Shown piece after piece: positions 18,394 to 41,443 of a stretch of 64,000 bases of DNA. Every line of letters begins with the position of its first letter. The stretch's first letter is position 1. Below the pieces are notes generated by a model. It was given only the letters and a program-made list of their open reading frames with translations. It did no database searches and was not told the origin of the DNA. The translations under genes were made by a program, and so were the position numbers. Source of the DNA: Macrostomum lignano (Eukaryota). The stretch is from assembly GCA_002269645.1 (NCBI GenBank), contig NIVC01000073.1:186001-250000 (forward strand), read 5' to 3'.

Positions 18394-20833
18394 TAGGGAA
18401 TACAAAATCCCGAGTTTTGCCAATCCCGGGACTCACGGGATCGAGATATCTGACTTTGCCAATCCCAGAACTCACGGGATCGAGATATCTGACTTTGCCA
18501 ATCACGGGACTCACGGGATCGAGATATCTGACTTTGCCAATCACGGGACTCACGGGATCGAGATATCTGACTTTGCCAATCACGGGACTCACGGGATCGA
18601 GATATCTGACTTTGCCAATGACGGGACTCACGGGATCGAGATATCTGACTTTGCCAATCCCGGGACTCACGGGATCGAGATATCTGACTTTGCCAATCCC
18701 GGGACTCACGGGATCGAGATATCTGACTTTGCCAATCACGGGACTCACGGGATCGAGATATCTGACTTTGCCAATCACGGGACTCACGGGATCGAGATAT
18801 CTGACTTTGCCAATCCCGGGACTCACGGGATCGAGATATCTGACTTTGCCAATCCCGGGACTCACGGGATCGAGATATCTGACTTTGCCAATCACGGGAC
18901 TCACGGGATCGAGATATCTGACTTTGCCAATCACGGGACTCACGGGATCGAGATATCTGACTTTGCCAATCCCGGGACTCACGGGATCGAGATATCTGAC
19001 TTTGCCAATCCCGGGACTCACGGGATCGAGATATCTGACTTTGCCAATCACGGGACTCACGGGATCGAGATATCTGACTTTGCCAATGACGGGACTCACG
19101 GGATCGAGATATCTGACTTTGCCAATCCCGGGACTCACGGGATCGAGATATCTGACTTTGCCAATCCCGGGACTCACGGGATCGAGATATCTGACTTTGC
19201 CAATCACGGGACTCACGGGATCGAGATATCTGACTTTGCCAATCACGGGACTCACGGGATCGAGATATCTGACTTTGCCAATCCCGGGACTCACGGGATC
19301 GAGATATCTGACTTTGCCAATCCCGGGACTCACGGGATCGAGATATCTGACTTTGCCAATCACGGGACTCACGGGATCGAGATATCTGACTTTGCCAATC
19401 ACGGGACTCACGGGATCGAGATATCTGACTTTGCCAATCACGGGACTCACGGGATCGAGATATCTGACTTTGCCAATCCCGGGACTCACGGGATCGAGAT
19501 ATCTGACTTTGCCAATCACGGGACTCACGGGATCGAGATATCTGACTTTGCCAATCCCGGGACTCACGGGATCGAGATATCTGACTTTGCCAATGACGGG
19601 ACTCACGGGATCGAGATATCTGACTTTGCCAATCCCGGGACTCACGGGATCGAGATATCTGACTTTGCCAATCCCGGGACTCACGGGATCGAGATATCTG
19701 ACTTTGCCAATCCCGGGACTCACGGGATCGAGGTATCTGACTTTGCCAATCACGGGACTCACGGGATCGAGATATCTGACTTTGCCAATCACGGGACTCA
19801 CGGGATCGAGATATCTGACTTTGCCAATCACGGGACTCACGGGATCGAGATATCTGACTTTGCCAATGACGGGACTCACGGGATCGAGATATCTGACTTT
19901 GCCAATCCCGGGACTCACGGGATCGAGATATCTGACTTTGCCAATCCCGGGACTCACGGGATCGAGATATCTGACTTTGCCAATCACGGGACTCACGGGA
20001 TCGAGATATCTGACTTTGCCAATCACGGGACTCACGGGATCGAGATATCTGACTTTGCCAATCCCGGGACTCACGGGATCGAGGTATCTGACTTTGCCAA
20101 TCCCGGGACTCACGGGATCGAGATATCTGACTTTGGGATCCCGACAAATTGGGCCGGGATCCCGATCCCGGGATTGAAAAAGTTTCAAATCTAATTGTTG
20201 GTGCAATTTCGGTTTACTAAGCCATCTAACCTGGTTTTAAAGGGCTTTCAATAATAAATGTAGAAAAAAATTTGCAAACAAGAAACTGACAGTGAGCCCT
20301 GAATTGGAGTGTGATGTACGCGCTGGCGTAAGACGTGCTTTTTTACATGCCAGTATCAGCTCAGGAAAATCACACTTGATTGTGATGCAACCTGGGGAAT
20401 GATAGCTTACTGAGCTATCGTCCCAGGTACTGACACCAGGTTAGAAGGGGATCAGACATCACCCTCCCAGGGGCACCCGCCCTAGATGGAGAATGGGTAG
20501 CTTGGTTTGTGGTCCGATAGCAAGGTCTCACTGTTCTAATCCCAACTACGGCCAAGGAGTTTTGAAGGTAGGGACTGCTTAAAGTAGTTCTACATTATTA
20601 CACCGTAAATTACGACCTGCTAACAGTTTCTGTTTTGTATTCCTGTTGCCCTATAGCCTCTACTCACTAGCCTGCATGCTTAAAAGATTGAGAAATCAAA
20701 GTAAGACAACTGGGTTATGGTTTTCACCTGACAAGTATCTCAGCTGCAGATACTACTACTCGCGAATTAATGATTTAATTACTGCAAAGCCGGATCGGGA
20801 TCCCAATGGTCAATCTCGGGATTGTATTCCCTA
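18394..20833. mobile_element. hAT-like TIR element carrying an internal satellite
   Basis: Termini TAGGGAATACAAAATCCCGA and TCGGGATTGTATTCCCTA are inverted repeats; flanks TGGACGAC / TAGACGGC give a 6/8 TSD. Confidence 0.65.
18415..20135. repeat. 39-bp satellite, ~44 copies
   Basis: Unit GCCAATC(C/A)CGGGACTCACGGGATCGAGATATCTGACTTT, near-identical copies with three main variants. Confidence 0.98.
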
Positions 20834-22301
20834 TAGACGGCTATTCATAAGTTTCATAGAAAATGATTGCTATAGAAAAGCTCTCAAAAGTGGTTATCCG
20901 TTGCTAATTTTGTAGCTACAGACTCTTGACTCTTTAATTCATCACTTTTAGAGAAGTTGCGACGTGGTGCAGGTCCACCGTAAAAATAAATTTTCAAATT
21001 ATTATCAATAACGATCAATAAGATAAGAAATTGTTTTATTACATGGTTTATTTATATATATTCTACTATCAAATGATGAGATTTTCTGCAAGAATGTTAA
21101 CAGCAGCAACTTAGTATAATTATATGATATAGCACTGTATAAGCATATAAGTTCGGCCCATTGTTGGGTGCGCAAAAGCCGCTCAGGCGGCGGTAGCTAT
21201 AATATGCTTGGGTAGACTTTGAATTAAATAACATTAACGCGTAAACAGCGTGCGTACAATTAACGTAAAACTTCAGGTAATAACTTTGAGAGAGTTTGGA
21301 AGCATAGCTGACTGTAATAGATGACTCATGTTTTACATTATGCATCAGTCAAAACAAACAAAGCAATGAGGGGGGTCGAGGAAGATTAGACAGACAATTT
21401 CAATTCATTTATAGATATAGACAGGAATTGACTACTGCAAAAATAGTTTCGTTATTAGAGAAATGAGTAGTGAAATATGGATTGGTGCAATTCACGATTG
21501 CACATTTTTTAAAGTACAATTGCAGGGTAAAAGTCTACATATTGCAGTGAGTCAAAATGTGTATACTAGATTTCTTAGAAATGAGCAGGGAGGCCATAGA
21601 CAAAATAGGTCATGAAAAAACTGATTTCCCGAGAGCATTGTCCTTATAGCTACTGGCCTAGCAGCTCATGTCCACCGTCCTTCAGTTATCCATGTGGGGG
21701 AATAGCCTCTGAACAGCTTTGAACAACTCTTTCACAAGTAAAATCAAATATCATAGCAGAATCAAATCAAACTGCATTGCTGAGTTAGCAAATAAAAATT
21801 TGAATACGGCATTGAGAAAAACAATCATTGAAGTTTGATGAATAGTGAAGCTACGGTAGGTAAATGGGAACAAAGAAAGACGGAAGGTACAGCTCCATGG
21901 GGACACACAGATGCAGAGACATTGAGGATCAAGATGGACATTTAAGCAAATCAAATATATCGACAAACATATATAGGTTATTGCACTAATATGTATCTCA
22001 TAGACAGAACATATGAGAAATGAGTTAAAAGTCATTTGAGACCTCGGACTTGGGGGGGTAAGTTTAGTGGCGCAACTTGGACTCAAACTAACGCTATTTT
22101 TGACGCTGTTAATTTTGTTAGGTTAACTCAATTTTAAAGATCCTGAGCGTATGAGCCTATAAATGACCGACAGGAATTTCGAGAACACCACAAAGTTCAA
22201 GGCCTCCTTGACACTCTGCTCTGGCTGTCCATGCAGGACTCAAAAAACTGGTGCATTCTCAACTATTTCTTAAAATAACATCATCTTAGCCGCAGAAAAA
22301 T

Positions 22302-30407
<8,106 letters not shown>

Positions 30408-30519
30408 TGTTTTTTGTCTGATTCAAATTTGTTGCTTTTTGAGAGAACACGACAGTAGATTAGAAAGGAATATTTTCCACTTCTGCTGCCCGGTTTTGTC
30501 TTCAGTTGAGCTTGGGGGC

Positions 30520-30575
30520 CCTCCAGCCAATCAGGAAGCAGCGGGATCCAAGCTGGTTTTCTATTGGTCGAGAGA
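30520..30575. promoter_or_regulatory. CCAAT-type boxes upstream of the Nkx6 start codon
   Basis: AGCCAATCAG (~30525) and CTATTGG (~30562) lie 120-160 bp 5' of the ATG; motif match only. Confidence 0.3.
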
Positions 30576-30954
30576 GAAATTTGGGGCCAGGAAGTGGAGC
30601 GTGAGGGACCCCGTGATGCTGAGGATGCATTCATTATGATTGATTTGCAGAGCGATCCATTAGACAGTGGAGTGTATCGAATAAGCTGCTAATTGCGCAA
30701 GTTACAGATTTTCGGGTGATTCCATTAAAGGTGACTCTCATTACGGGTGATTCTCCGAGGTGACTTTCGGGGGTGCTTCTCATTAGAGGTGATTCTAGAT
30801 CTCAATCTTCACTTAAAATTATGGGTGATTCTCAGAGGTGACTCTAAGACTGATTCTCGTTAAACGTGATTTCCTGGATTGATGCTTATTATCTCATGGA
30901 TGATTCTGATCGAATGTAAGTATTATCGGGGCAATTATCGATGATAACTTTGAA

Positions 30955-31765
30955 TGTGCGAGTGCTTCTCAGGGTCAGAGTGTGCTTCTCAGGGTGTACT
31001 TCTCAGGGTGTACTTCTCAGGGTGTACTTCTCAGGGTGTGCTTCTCAGGTTGTGCTTCTCAGGGTCAGGGTGTGCTTCTTAGGGTGTGCTTCTTAGGGTG
31101 TGCTTCTCAAGTTGTGCTTCTCAGGGTCAGGGTGTGCTTCTTAGGGTGTGCTTCTTAGGGTGTGCTTCTCAGGGAGTGCTTCTCAGAGTGTACTTCTCAC
31201 AGTGTGCTTCTTAGGGTGTGCTTCTCAGGGTGTGCTTCTTAGGGTGTGCTTCTTAGGGTGTGCTTCTCAGGTTGTGCTTCTCAGGGTCAGGGTGTGCTTC
31301 TTAGGGTGTGCTTCTTAGGGTGTGCTTCTCAGGGAGTGCTTCTCAGAGTGTACTTCTCAGAGTGTGCTTCTTAGGGTGTGCTTCTTAGGGTGTGCTTCTC
31401 AGGGTGTGCTTCTTAGGGTGTGCTTCTTAGGGTGTGCTTCTCAGGGTGTGCTTCTTAGGGTGTGCTTCTTAGGGTGTGCTTCTCAGGGTGTGCTTCTTAG
31501 GGTGTGCTTCTTAGGGTGTGCTTCTCAGGGTGTGCTTCTTAGGGTGTGCTTCTTAGGGTGTGCTTCTTAGGGTGTGCTTCTTAGGGTGTGCTTCTTAGGG
31601 GGTGCTTCTTAGGGTGTGCTTCTCAGGGTGTGCTTCTTAGGGTGTGCTTCTCAGGGTGTGCTTCTTAGGGTGTGCTTCTCAGGCTGTGCTTCTTAGGGTG
31701 TGCTTCTCAGGGTGTGCTTCTTAGGGTGTGCTTCTCGGGGTATGCTTTTAAGGGTGTGCTTCTCT
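30955..31765. repeat. 14-bp minisatellite T(T/C)AGGGTGTGCTTC
   Basis: Seen directly. Confidence 0.95.
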
Positions 31766-32489
31766 CATCAATATTCTCAACAATCTCCTGTCTACCATAT
31801 CTATTTTATCTACCATTACGTGGCTACCATATCTATTCTACATCTATTGCAATATATCTCTACATGTATATACATATCTATTCTAGTCTGTCAATTTTTA
31901 TCAGAACTTCCTCTTGCATCACAGCTCACACATAGGGTTAGATTTTGTTCTAGTTTGAGGGGTTCGAATATCGAGTATCAATTGTCAAGGTGGTCAATTA
32001 TGGATAAACTAAACCATATGGTTGCTATGCTGTTCACTATCTGGAATCATTTTTTTATGTTTTCCAATTATATTTTGCATAGAACGATTTTGAAATTTGG
32101 TCAAGGGCCTGTTGTGCTATGCTGCATGACCGAAGTCTTTGCAAAGTTTTTTCTCCACAATCTGAAATTTGATATTTTATTACGAAAGCAGCAACAGCAT
32201 AGCAACCAGACGCACACTGGGGTCATAAATCTGGTTTGCCCACCAAGTCGCAGGTTTTTTCACTGATTGAATTGCATTCATTCTATCTACAGTGACCTAA
32301 TTTTCTATCACTCTTAATTAAACAGTTGCTTAGTTAATCAAATTCAAGTTTGAAGGTCTGGGCAGAATCTTTTTTGTCATTTTTAATGTTTGGTTCGGCT
32401 TTTTCTTTTCTTAGTACGGGAAACTTAAAGAAATAACTTGTACTTGTACGGTTCCCTCTGCACTCCTCTGGCTATCTTCTGTCTGCCAT

Positions 32490-34275
32490 GTCTACTTTAT
32501 CTACCATCAAGTGTCTACCATATATACTCTATCTACCATCAAGTGTCTACCATATCTCCTCTATCTACCATCAAGTGTTTACACCATATCTACTCTGTCT
32601 ACCATCAAGTGTCTACCATATCTACTCTATCTACCATCAAGTGTCTACCATATCTACTCTGTCTACCATCAAGTGTCTACCATATCTACTCTATCTACCA
32701 TCAAGTGTCTACCATATCTACTCTATCTACCATCAAGTGTCTACCATATCTACTCTATCTACCATCAAGTGTTTACACCATATCTACTCTGTCTACCATC
32801 AAGTGTCTACCATATCTCCTCTATCTACCATCAAGTGTCTACCATATCTCCTCTATCTACCATCAAGTGTCTACCATATCTACTCTATCTACCATCAAGT
32901 GTTTACACCATATCTACTCTGTCTACCATCAAGTGTCTACCATATCTACTCTATCGACCATCAAGTGTCTACCATATCTCCTCTATCTACCATCAAGTGT
33001 CTACCATATCTTCTGTCTACCATCAAGTGTCTACACCATATCTACTCTGTCTACCATCAAGTGTTTACCATATCTCCTCTATCTACCATCAAGTGTCTAC
33101 CATATCTACTCTATCTACCATCAAGTGTCTACCATATCTACTCTATCTACCATCAAGTGTCTACCATATCTACTCTATCGACCATCAAGTGTCTACCATA
33201 TCTACTCTATCTAACATCAAGTGTCTACCATATCTACTCTATCTACCATCAAGTGTCTACCATATCTCCTCTATCTACCATCAAGTGTCTACCATATCTC
33301 CTCTATCTACCATCAAGTGTCTACCATATCGACTCTATCTACCATCAAGTGTCTACCATATATACTCTATCGAACATCAAGTGTCTACCATATCTCCTCT
33401 ATCTACCATCAAGTGTCTACCATATCTACTCTATCTAACATCAAGTGTCTACCATATCTACTCTATCTACCATCAAGTGTCTACCATATCTCCTCTATCT
33501 ACCATCAAGTGTCTACCATATATACTCTATCTACCATCAAGTGTCTACCATATATACTCTATCGACCATCAAGTGTCTACCATATCTCCTCTATCTACCA
33601 TCAAGTGTCTACCATATCTACTCTATCTAACATCAAGTGTCTACCATATCTACTCTATCTACCATCAAGTGTCTACCATATCTACTCTATCTACTATCAA
33701 GTGTCTACCATATCTACTCTATCTAACATCAAGTGTCTACCATATCTACTCTATCGACCATCAAGTGTCTACCATATCTCCTCTATCTACCATCAAGTGT
33801 CTATCATATCTCCTCTATCTACCATCAAGTGTCTACACCATATCTACTCTATCGACCATCAAGTGTCTACCATATCTACTCTATCGACCATCAAGTGTCT
33901 ACCATATCTACTCTATCGACCATCAAGTGTCTACCATATCTCCTCTATCTACCATCAAGTGTCTACCATATCTCCTCTATCTACCATCAAGTGTCTACCA
34001 TATCTCCTCTATCTACCATCAAGTGTCTACCATATCTACTCCATCTACCATTAAGTGTCTACCATATCTTCTGTCTACCATCAAGTGTCTACACCATATC
34101 TACTCTGTCTACCATCAAGTGTTTACCATATCTCCTCTATCTACCATCAAGTGTCTACCATATCTACTCTATCTACCATCAAGTGTCTACCATATCTACT
34201 CCATCTACCATTAAGTGTCTACCATATCTACTCTATCTACCATCAAGTGTCTACCATATCTACTCTATCTACCAT
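32490..34275. repeat. 32-bp minisatellite (CTACCATCAAGTGTCTACCATATCTACTCTAT)n
   Basis: Seen directly; ORFs in all three + frames are artefacts. Confidence 0.97.
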
Positions 34276-35059
34276 CCTCTGCCTACCTCTCCAGCCTTAC
34301 CAATTCCCCTTAATGCAAATAATTTTCATTTTAAACAATCTGCTTCATGAAATTAAACCCATAATGCAGAAAATCAACTGCGTGTAAACTAGAATAATTT
34401 TAATTATTAATCTTTCCTGTAAACTGTCGGATCAAGAGTCACTCATTGTTTACACTAAAACATTACATGAACCCACCGTTATGACGTCCATAGTTTCAAG
34501 CTAATAGGGGTCTGTTGCACACATCCTTCGGTCGTTTGTTTCTTACAATTTCATGAGAATGCAGATTTCAATGCATTTCTGTATGACGCCAATTTAAATT
34601 CAGAAAAATAATATTGCAGACATCGCAATTTCATTAGCAGAATTCAGTTACATGTGCTGCCAAGTATTGCCGCTAAGCTGTTTATTGAGGTGTAAGTGCT
34701 ATAGAGATAACAACCTTCAAAACTTTTATTCCAGAAAAGTGTCTAACAAACACACCTGCATAAACGTATTTACCTTATAGAATTGCTAATCTAACACACT
34801 AATCGAAACGGAACACAATTTTCTTGCAAAGTCTTATTTTATATACGGAACTTCAGTTCCTGTGAATCCGTTGCAAGTGTGTGTGCAGAGAATTTTATGC
34901 CATCATTATCTTCATGTCAGTTTGCTAGTCATAAACTCATTCTGTAACAACTGGGTAGCATTTGCGAAACACTCGAGGCTTTTTAACTTGCTTTACTTTT
35001 ATTTCGTCAAATATCAGCGCTAGTATATTTTTATTCATCCAAATCTTCATTTCCATGCA

Positions 35060-35790
35060 ATTCTCCAACTTCATATTCTTCCAACCTGCATTTCTCCAAC
35101 CTTTCATTCTTCCAACCCTTCATTCTTCCAACCCTGCATTTCTCCAACCTTTCATTCTTCCAACCCTGCATTTCTCCAACCCTTCATTCTTCCAACCCTT
35201 CATTCTTCCAACCCTGCATTTCTCCAACCCTTCATTCTTTCAACCCTTCATTCTTCCAATCCTTCATTCTTCCAACCCTGCATTTCTCCAACCTTTCATT
35301 CTTCCAACCCTGCATTCTTCCAACCCTTCATTCTTCCAACCCTTCATTCTTCCAACCCTGCATTTCTCCAACCCTTCATTCTTCCAACCCTTCATTCTTC
35401 CAACCCTGCATTTCTCCAACCTTTCATTCTTTCAACCCTTCATTCTTCCAACCCTTCATTCTTCCAACCCTTCATTCTTCCAACCCTTCATTCTTCCAAC
35501 CCTTCATTCTTCCAACCCTTCATTCTTCCAACCCTGCATTTCTCCAACCTTTCATTCTTCCAACCCTGCATTTCTTCAACCCTTCATTCTTTCAACCCTT
35601 CATTCTTCCAATCCTTCATTCTTCCAACCCTTCATTCTTCCATCCCTTCATTCTTCCAACCCTTCATTCTTCCATCCCTTCATTCTTCCAACCCTTCGTT
35701 CTTCCAACCCTTCATTCTTCCAACCCTTCATTCTTCCAACCCTTCATTCTTCCAACCCTTCATTCTTCCAAACCTTCCTCCCTTCAACAA
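35060..35790. repeat. 16-bp minisatellite (TTCTTCCAACCCTTCA)n
   Basis: Seen directly. Confidence 0.95.
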
Positions 35791-36489
35791 GCCTTTCATT
35801 CCTCAAATCAACTCTTCATTTCTCAAACCCTGCATCCCTGCAAACTCAGCAAGCCCCTAATATTTTGTAGTGTAGAGACAGACGGGCTCACACAGCGGCC
35901 CCGACTTTCTAAATGTCCGGCATGTACATCAAGCCTTGGGGGTTTTCCAATGCCAAACATCAAGGATGGACAAGAACTGCGGGTCTCCGATATCGCAGGG
36001 GCTAAAGTCGAGCCCAAGCTTAATTGCATTAATATCTTCATAATGGAGGTCAGGGCCTCCGAGGCGAAATGAAACCGGATAAGAGAAATGATGGAGTTGA
36101 TTGCCCAGAATCCCCCGCCATCCCGGCTGCCCAGCTTCTCCTTACGAGCAATAGCAGCGTCATCCAATCTTGAGAGCTCAAGCCCTGTGTTTTTCTGAGT
36201 CGGTTTTGATAGAGTTTTTATCGCTGAGTGGCCTCTTCCATATCCCCCCTGACTCTCGGCTGCTGCCCCTGACTGTCAGAAGCTTTGAGACTAATTTAAT
36301 GCAAAGACTATGAGTCGCGACGGGTCAAGCCGCCTGCACCAAAATATAAGAATCCAATCAGTGCTAAGCATTAACTGCAAGCTATCCTTGGAGTGGGCCA
36401 AGCTATAATTAAGACGAATTGGGGAGTTCGGCTTGGAACTGATGGGGATGAGAAACCAATGATAGCCAGTTTTCAACAGTAACCAAAGC

Positions 36490-36800
36490 AGGCAAGCAGC
36501 GACAAACAACAAACAACAAATAACAAACAAATAACAAATAACATAAAGCAAACAACAGACAACAAGGAACAAACAACAGACAAGAAGGAACAAACAACAG
36601 ACAACAAACAACAGACAACAAACAACAATAAACAAACAAACAACAAACAACATACAACAAACGACAAACAACAAACGAACAAGGACTACTTAAGTGACTT
36701 CAGTGGTCGTTGCAAACGACAAAGAACAAAGAGCATATAGCAAACAACAGACAACAAACAACAAACAACAACAAACAAGCAACAGAAAACAGAACAAAAC
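36490..36800. repeat. AC-rich low-complexity (ACAA)-type repeat
   Basis: Seen directly. Confidence 0.85.
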
Positions 36801-37093
36801 AATAAGGACTATCTTTTAAAGTCTGACTCAATTGAATAAAATGATTTGTCATTTCGGGTATTAGATGTCATAGTCTCTGCTACTGCCAGTGAGCTGCAGT
36901 GACACTCATAAATTAGGGCCAGGCCGATGTCAATGTCTAATCGGTGGCTTATTAATGACCCGAGCTGAAATCGAATTCATAGCGCATCGAAACTGGCCAA
37001 TAAAATGTCGATTTTCCCACGGGTCATTCGTTTGAGTTGTCGCTCGGATGAGCAATTTCAATAATTATAAATAATTCTGTTATGCTAGTCACC

Positions 37094-37652
<559 letters not shown>

Positions 37653-38385
37653 CTAGTAAATTCAGTTTTGAGATATGCAAATGCTTTCAGTCTACAAAAT
37701 TACGCCAAGCTTCGCAGGAGAAAGCGACTTGCAAATAAAATATAATTGTGGAGGCTCTGTGAGCTTATAACTATTGAAACTGTCGGCCTCTTAAAAGGGA
37801 AATAAACCGAGCTTAAGCGAAACTTATTGAGTAAATAAAAGCGGCCACGCCAACACGCCTGCAGTCGCGGAGCGGCTCAGTGGAGTAAAAAAGAAGGCAC
37901 TAACTTAGCGGCCGTCTGCCAGGCTTGGTCGTAAAAAAATGGCAATAAACACTTTCACAAATTATGACAAAAAGCCAAACCGCAGCAATGGCTGGGACAC
38001 AGAGAAAAAAGATATTGCCCCGGGGTGTTAAAAGAAATTAACCAACCGCTTCATAGGCTGATAAACTTCTAAGTGTTTAATACTCTCTTCTTCTCGCAAA
38101 GCATTGCTGCTTTGGGTTTCTTTAACTATTGGCCCGCCAAATATGATTATTGAGGATTTGAAAGAACTGCAGGCCAAGCCGATTTCACTTCCTCGATCTC
38201 TCATATCGCTCCCTCTCATGGCCTCCGCCCGCATGCAACTACGGTATTGTAGTTGCATTGAATGTGTGACAGTCATGGACTTCTAGTTTAGATAGTCTCT
38301 AGCGTCAATTGGATTGGAAACTAATAACTGCCCCTCAGGTGGCGCCTCCAACCTGGCGCTCCCAGATAATGCCACTCCAAAGATA

Positions 38386-39646
38386 TTAGGGTGAGCCAAA
38401 AGTTTCCGGAATTTTTTAGAATCGAACTTTTAGTTAATTTTTGTCTATGGAAAAGCTTAAAAGCAGCAACCATCTACTATGCTGTTGGCCAGCCTTATCA
38501 TCACTCTTTAGCTTAACATCGCTCAGTTTCCCAGACCCTGCCTACTTAAGCCAGCAAACGCATCCAATGGAACTGCCAAGAACTGAATGGCGAGCAATTC
38601 TGCTCAGCCACTTTCATGCGGACGCAAAGCAGCCGAGGCACATCGCGAGTTGTTGCAGCTGATGGGCCCACATGCACCCTCAAAGTCGTCGGTGTACGAG
38701 TGGTTCTCTCGCTTTGCTGAGGAGAACTATGAGCTGAAGGACAAGCCGAGGTCAGGCCGACCCCCTGCTGCTGATGGCGATGCCGTTCTCCAAGCCCTTG
38801 AGGACACTCCGGACTACAGCGTTGTCAGCCGCTACTGGGGTGTCCTGTGGCACGGTCCGGCGGAGCCTGCATGCTGCGGACAAGGTGCCGAAGAAGCCAA
38901 CTCTGGTGGCCCATGAGCTGACACCTCAGCAGCTGAGAGCCAGGTGTGGATGTGGCAACTTCGAATCTTCGCTATGCCGGTTCGCCAAACTTTCTCAAGT
39001 CGATAATCGCTCAAGACGAGAAGTGGGTCTGCTATGAGAACCCAAGCACATCAGCCGTCTGGGTCGATGCTTCTGAAGAACCACCCAGCTGCCCAATGCG
39101 GAACGCCCACTGCGGCAAGGAGCTGCTCTCTCTCTGGTTCTGCTCGTCTGCCCTGTTTTCTGGGAGGTCATCCGCATGGCATGGCTGTGAACGCGGAGGT
39201 GATCTGCAGCGAACTGGAGCAGATCGCCCGTTTGCTGCGATCCGTGTGCCCGGGCACCGCGACAAGGTGCTCCTCTTCGACATTGCGCGGCTTCACAAAG
39301 CAAGACTCACCCAGGCCAAGCTGGCAAGCCTGGGCTACAGTGTTTTGCCCCACCCACCATACTCACAGACCTCTCGCCATGCGACTATCATGTGTTCAGG
39401 TCTCTCCAGAGCTTTTGTGATGGACAGCGGTTCGCCAACAAGCAACATGTGGAGCAGGCAGTGCAGAAATGGATTGATTCAAAGCTGCGAGCTTCTGGAG
39501 GAGGGGATTGAGGCATTGCAGCAAGATGGGAGAGGGTCAGGGCCTTGAATGGCAACTACATCACATCGCTATAAACTGTTTGTTCTTGACACTATTTGTT
39601 ATAGTTTTAAATTGTTCAAATTCCGGAAACTTTTGGCTCACCCTAA
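38386..39646 (+). mobile_element. Mariner (Tc1/mariner) element with decayed transposase
   Basis: Perfect 29-bp TIR TTAGGGTGAGCCAAAAGTTTCCGGAATTT and TA TSDs. Motifs VYEWFSRF, KPRSGRP, VAHELT, QDEKWVCY and LPHPPYS are spread over shifted frames. Confidence 0.93.
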
Positions 39647-39649
39647 TAT

Positions 39650-40240
39650 ATAGCGCCCCCAAGATGGCGCCCCCCCAAGATGGCGCCCCCATGATGGCGC
39701 CCTTATAAGATGATGCCCCCCAGAATGGCGCCACCAGGATGCCGTCCCCCAGGATGGCGCCCCCAGGATGTCGTCCCCAGGATGGCATCCCCAGGATGGC
39801 GCCCTTATAAGATCTTATAAGATGGTGCCCCCAGGATGGCGCCCTCAGGATGGCGCTCCCCAGGATGGCGCCCCCATAATGGCGCTCCCCATGATGGTGC
39901 CCCCCATGATGGCATCCCCCTGGATGGCGCCCCCAGGATGGCGCCCTTATAAGATGGTGCCTCCATGATGCCCCCCCCAAGATGGCGCCCCCCAAGATGG
40001 CGCCCCCATGATGGCGCCCTTATAAGATGATGCTCCCCAGAATGGCGCCCCCAGGATGGCGCCCCCAGGATGGCGCCCCCAGGATGGCGTCCCCCAGGAT
40101 GGCACCCCCCAGGATGGCGTCCCCAGGATGGCGCCCCCCAGGATGGCGCCCTTATAAGATGGTGCCTCCATGATGCCCCCCCAGGATGGCGCAACCCAGG
40201 GTGGCGCCCCAATGGTGGCGCCCCCAAGATGGCGCCCCCA
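39650..40240. repeat. GC-rich minisatellite, core AGGATGGCGCCCCC
   Basis: Seen directly; a few related units also lie 5' of the mariner (38335-38380). Confidence 0.92.
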
Positions 40241-40681
40241 GAATAGTTGTAAATTTTTCATCAAGTCCGTTTTTACACAAAAAACAAGAGACAGTTTCTA
40301 ACTAAATCGGGCAACTATTCAACGCATGCTTCCGGCTTTCTAATCTAATCCGTGTATTAGCTGCACAAGCTTAGCAGCTGCGACTCTTTTAAAATCCCCG
40401 CTGATTGAATCCTCCATCCTATAAAGCCAAAATACTTCTGCAATTAGGACTGCACAACAGCTGCAATAATGGCACAGTACTCGTAAAAGCGCAACAGGCG
40501 TGAGCGAGAGTCCCATTAAAACACAGTTGCTAAGCAGAAAAACAAATTCGATAAACGTTCTCTTCGGTCTGGCGCTGAACACTCTACTTATAGTAGCTTT
40601 GCAGAAGTAGTCAAGAAAAGTAAATTAAGCATGTTGAAATTTATCGAATTTCTTGCTAAAAACTACTGTCTACATGTTTCC

Positions 40682-41238
<557 letters not shown>

Positions 41239-41443
41239 TAACCGTCTGCAATTAAATTTCCCGAGGACAACATGATTGGTGCACAGAACAGCTGCAGCAG
41301 TGCTCAGTGCTCAGCATAAATCAAAGAGACATTCAATTTTTTGTCCAGCCAAACATCGCAAAGCTCCTGATTCAGAGAATAAAGCAAAGAAATGCTGACC
41401 AACATTCAATTCTCAGGTAGGCAGCCGTGTCAGTGTTTTTTTA

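Noticed and set aside
18415-20135. CRISPR-like appearance of regular repeats here and elsewhere
   Set aside because: No unique spacers, no cas genes, eukaryotic context.
18371-20206. Four ~600-aa repetitive ORFs
   Set aside because: By-products of a stop-free 39-bp satellite, open on both strands, with no splice or domain context.
35870-36290. GC-richer patch with short ORFs
   Set aside because: No identifiable homology or structure by eye.
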